Origin: Candidatus Saccharimonadota bacterium
GTDB taxonomy: Bacteria > Patescibacteriota > Saccharimonadia > Saccharimonadales > UBA4665
Direction of reading: 5' to 3'
Assembly (NCBI GenBank): GCA_002952755.1
Contig: CP025011.1
Location: 960,001-992,000, forward strand
DNA length: 32,000 nucleotides
Below, in pieces: positions 30,681 to 32,000 of this stretch. The position numbers and the translations under genes are program-made. Numbering within the stretch: position 1 is the first letter of the stretch; each line of letters starts with the position of its first letter. Below the pieces are notes generated by a model. The model searched no databases and was not told where the DNA came from. It saw only the letters and a program-made list of their open reading frames with translations.

Positions 30681-32000
30681 ATGAGCAAGTACGAGGAGGC
30701 GTTAGCAGCACTCAACAACGCGCAAAAGCTGGCGGTGACCACCACCGAGGGACCAGTCTTAGTTATTGCCGGGCCGGGCACTGGTAAGACGCAGCTGCTC
30801 ACCACCCGGATTGCCCATATTCTGGCGACCACCGATACACTACCGCAAAACGTTTTGTGCTTAACCTTTACCGACTCTGCAGCCCAAACGATGCGAGAGC
30901 GTTTGAGTGCCATGGTAGGCAAGGCCGCCTATGATGTTTCCATCAGCACCTACCACGCCTTTGGCAGCGAACTCATTCGCCGCTTCCCGGATTACTTTTT
31001 AGAAGATGATGACTTGCAGCCGGTCGACGACCTCGGCATGGATCGCATCTTCCGCGACATTATTGCCAATCTACCATACAGCAACCCGCTCAAGCATGCC
31101 GACATGTATCTGCAGGATATCAAAACGCTTGTCTCTGACGCCAAACGAGCACTTTTAACACCGGACGACCTTCGAAAGATCGGCAAGGCTAACTTGACCT
31201 GGATTGGCAAAGCGAATCCCGTCGTGAGCGAAACGCTTGGCGTCATTGCCCGCATCGATAAAAAAAACCTGCCGCTCTTCACGCAATTAGCCAAAGTCTT
31301 ACCGCCCGCAGAAAGCAATACAAACCAAATACCGACATTGGCCGAGTTATGCCTATCTCAACTACAGGAGGCAGTGGATGCGGCTGAAGTGTCAGGCAAG
31401 ACTGCAACGATAACTGCTTGGAAAAATGATTGGCTTGCCAAAGACAACGCGGGGCATTTTATCGTGGACGGTCTAAAAGTTAACCAAAAACTCCTCGCTG
31501 CTGCTGATATTTACGAGCACTATCTGCAAGCCCTCAAAACGCGTGGTTTCTTCGATTACGACGACATGATCCTGCGCGCAGTACGAGCCCTCGAAGCCAA
31601 CAACGATTTTCGCTACACCCTCCAGGAACAATATCAGTATATCTTGCTGGACGAATTCCAGGACACCAACGGCGCTCAATTGCGTCTGGTAGAGCTGCTT
31701 ACCGACAACCCGGTGCACGAAGGACGCCCGAATGTGCTAGCCGTAGGTGATGACGACCAAGCCATTTATGCCTTCCAGGGTGCCAATTACTCACATATGC
31801 TGCAATTTAACGACCTCTACAGAGATGTATTGGTGGTACCGCTTACCGAAAATTATCGCTCCCATCCCGACATTCTGCAAACAGCACGCGGTATTGCCGA
31901 GCAGGTTGAAGAGCGTTTACATCATCATTTCCCCAAGATCGAAAAAACACTCCTCGCTCGAGCAAAGCATTTGCCAGAACGCGCTGTTGTCGAACGGCGC
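30681..32000 (+). CDS. UvrD/PcrA/Rep-family ATP-dependent DNA helicase, 5' part (open to the window end)
   Basis: Not in the ORF track because it has no stop in the window. My own translation gives MSKYEEALAALNNAQKLAVTTTEGPVLVIAGPGTGKTQLL (motif I), LLDEFQDTNGAQ (motif II), VGDDDQAIYAFQGA (motif III) and TENYRS (motif IV). The frame stays open for 440 codons. Confidence 0.9.
   Translation, partial: MSKYEEALAALNNAQKLAVTTTEGPVLVIAGPGTGKTQLLTTRIAHILATTDTLPQNVLCLTFTDSAAQTMRERLSAMVGKAAYDVSISTYHAFGSELIRRFPDYFLEDDDLQPVDDLGMDRIFRDIIANLPYSNPLKHADMYLQDIKTLVSDAKRALLTPDDLRKIGKANLTWIGKANPVVSETLGVIARIDKKNLPLFTQLAKVLPPAESNTNQIPTLAELCLSQLQEAVDAAEVSGKTATITAWKNDWLAKDNAGHFIVDGLKVNQKLLAAADIYEHYLQALKTRGFFDYDDMILRAVRALEANNDFRYTLQEQYQYILLDEFQDTNGAQLRLVELLTDNPVHEGRPNVLAVGDDDQAIYAFQGANYSHMLQFNDLYRDVLVVPLTENYRSHPDILQTARGIAEQVEERLHHHFPKIEKTLLARAKHLPERAVVERR

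Noticed and set aside
1-32000. Search for CRISPR arrays, IS/transposase genes, integrases, prophage genes, tRNA/rRNA genes, and toxin-antitoxin or known defence-system genes.
   Set aside because: No spaced direct-repeat array, no terminal inverted repeats flanking an ORF, no recombinase or transposase motifs, and no tRNA-like cloverleaf segments were seen. The window looks like core or accessory metabolism and transport, not a mobile or defence island.

Overview
Gene-dense bacterial chromosomal segment with about 30 protein genes on both strands, many joined by 1-4 nt overlaps. I found no rRNA, tRNA, CRISPR array or recognisable mobile element.

Gene content, in order:
- A MarR regulator plus a partial FAD-binding oxidoreductase, divergent from a DUF1801 gene.
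- A tightly coupled oxidative pentose-phosphate operon, pgl-gnd-zwf-pgi (minus strand, 1243-5647).
- An unusually long peptide deformylase.
- A 982-aa secreted protein with two tandem DUF4082 domains.
- A 523-nt gap between convergent genes.
- A DrrAB-like ABC-2 exporter.
- An accessory-looking block of orphan genes around a short GH15 hydrolase and a TIGR03086/DinB-type protein.
- An RRM-type RNA-binding protein with a long 5' UTR.
- A MacB/FtsX-type ABC pair.
- A lipoprotein, an FAD-linked oxidase, a frameshifted ornithine-cyclodeaminase-like gene, an EamA transporter and an orphan gene, all divergent from a TrmB-family regulator.
- YihY/BrkB, galU, a type-II NADH dehydrogenase, and the 5' part of a UvrD/PcrA helicase.

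Two observations stand out:
- The 523-nt convergent gap (9728-10250) is bracketed by two hairpin terminators and looks like an orphan transcription unit, either a structured RNA or a small ORF. It is the best candidate here for something undescribed.
- A -10-like hexamer sits 6-8 nt upstream of the ATG at about ten genes, which implies widespread leaderless mRNAs.

I did not find a convincing novel multi-gene system such as a defence island, so most findings are modest and scored accordingly. The taxonomic impression is a reduced-genome, Gram-positive-type lineage such as Saccharibacteria or an Actinobacteria-like group. That is inference from gene content only.
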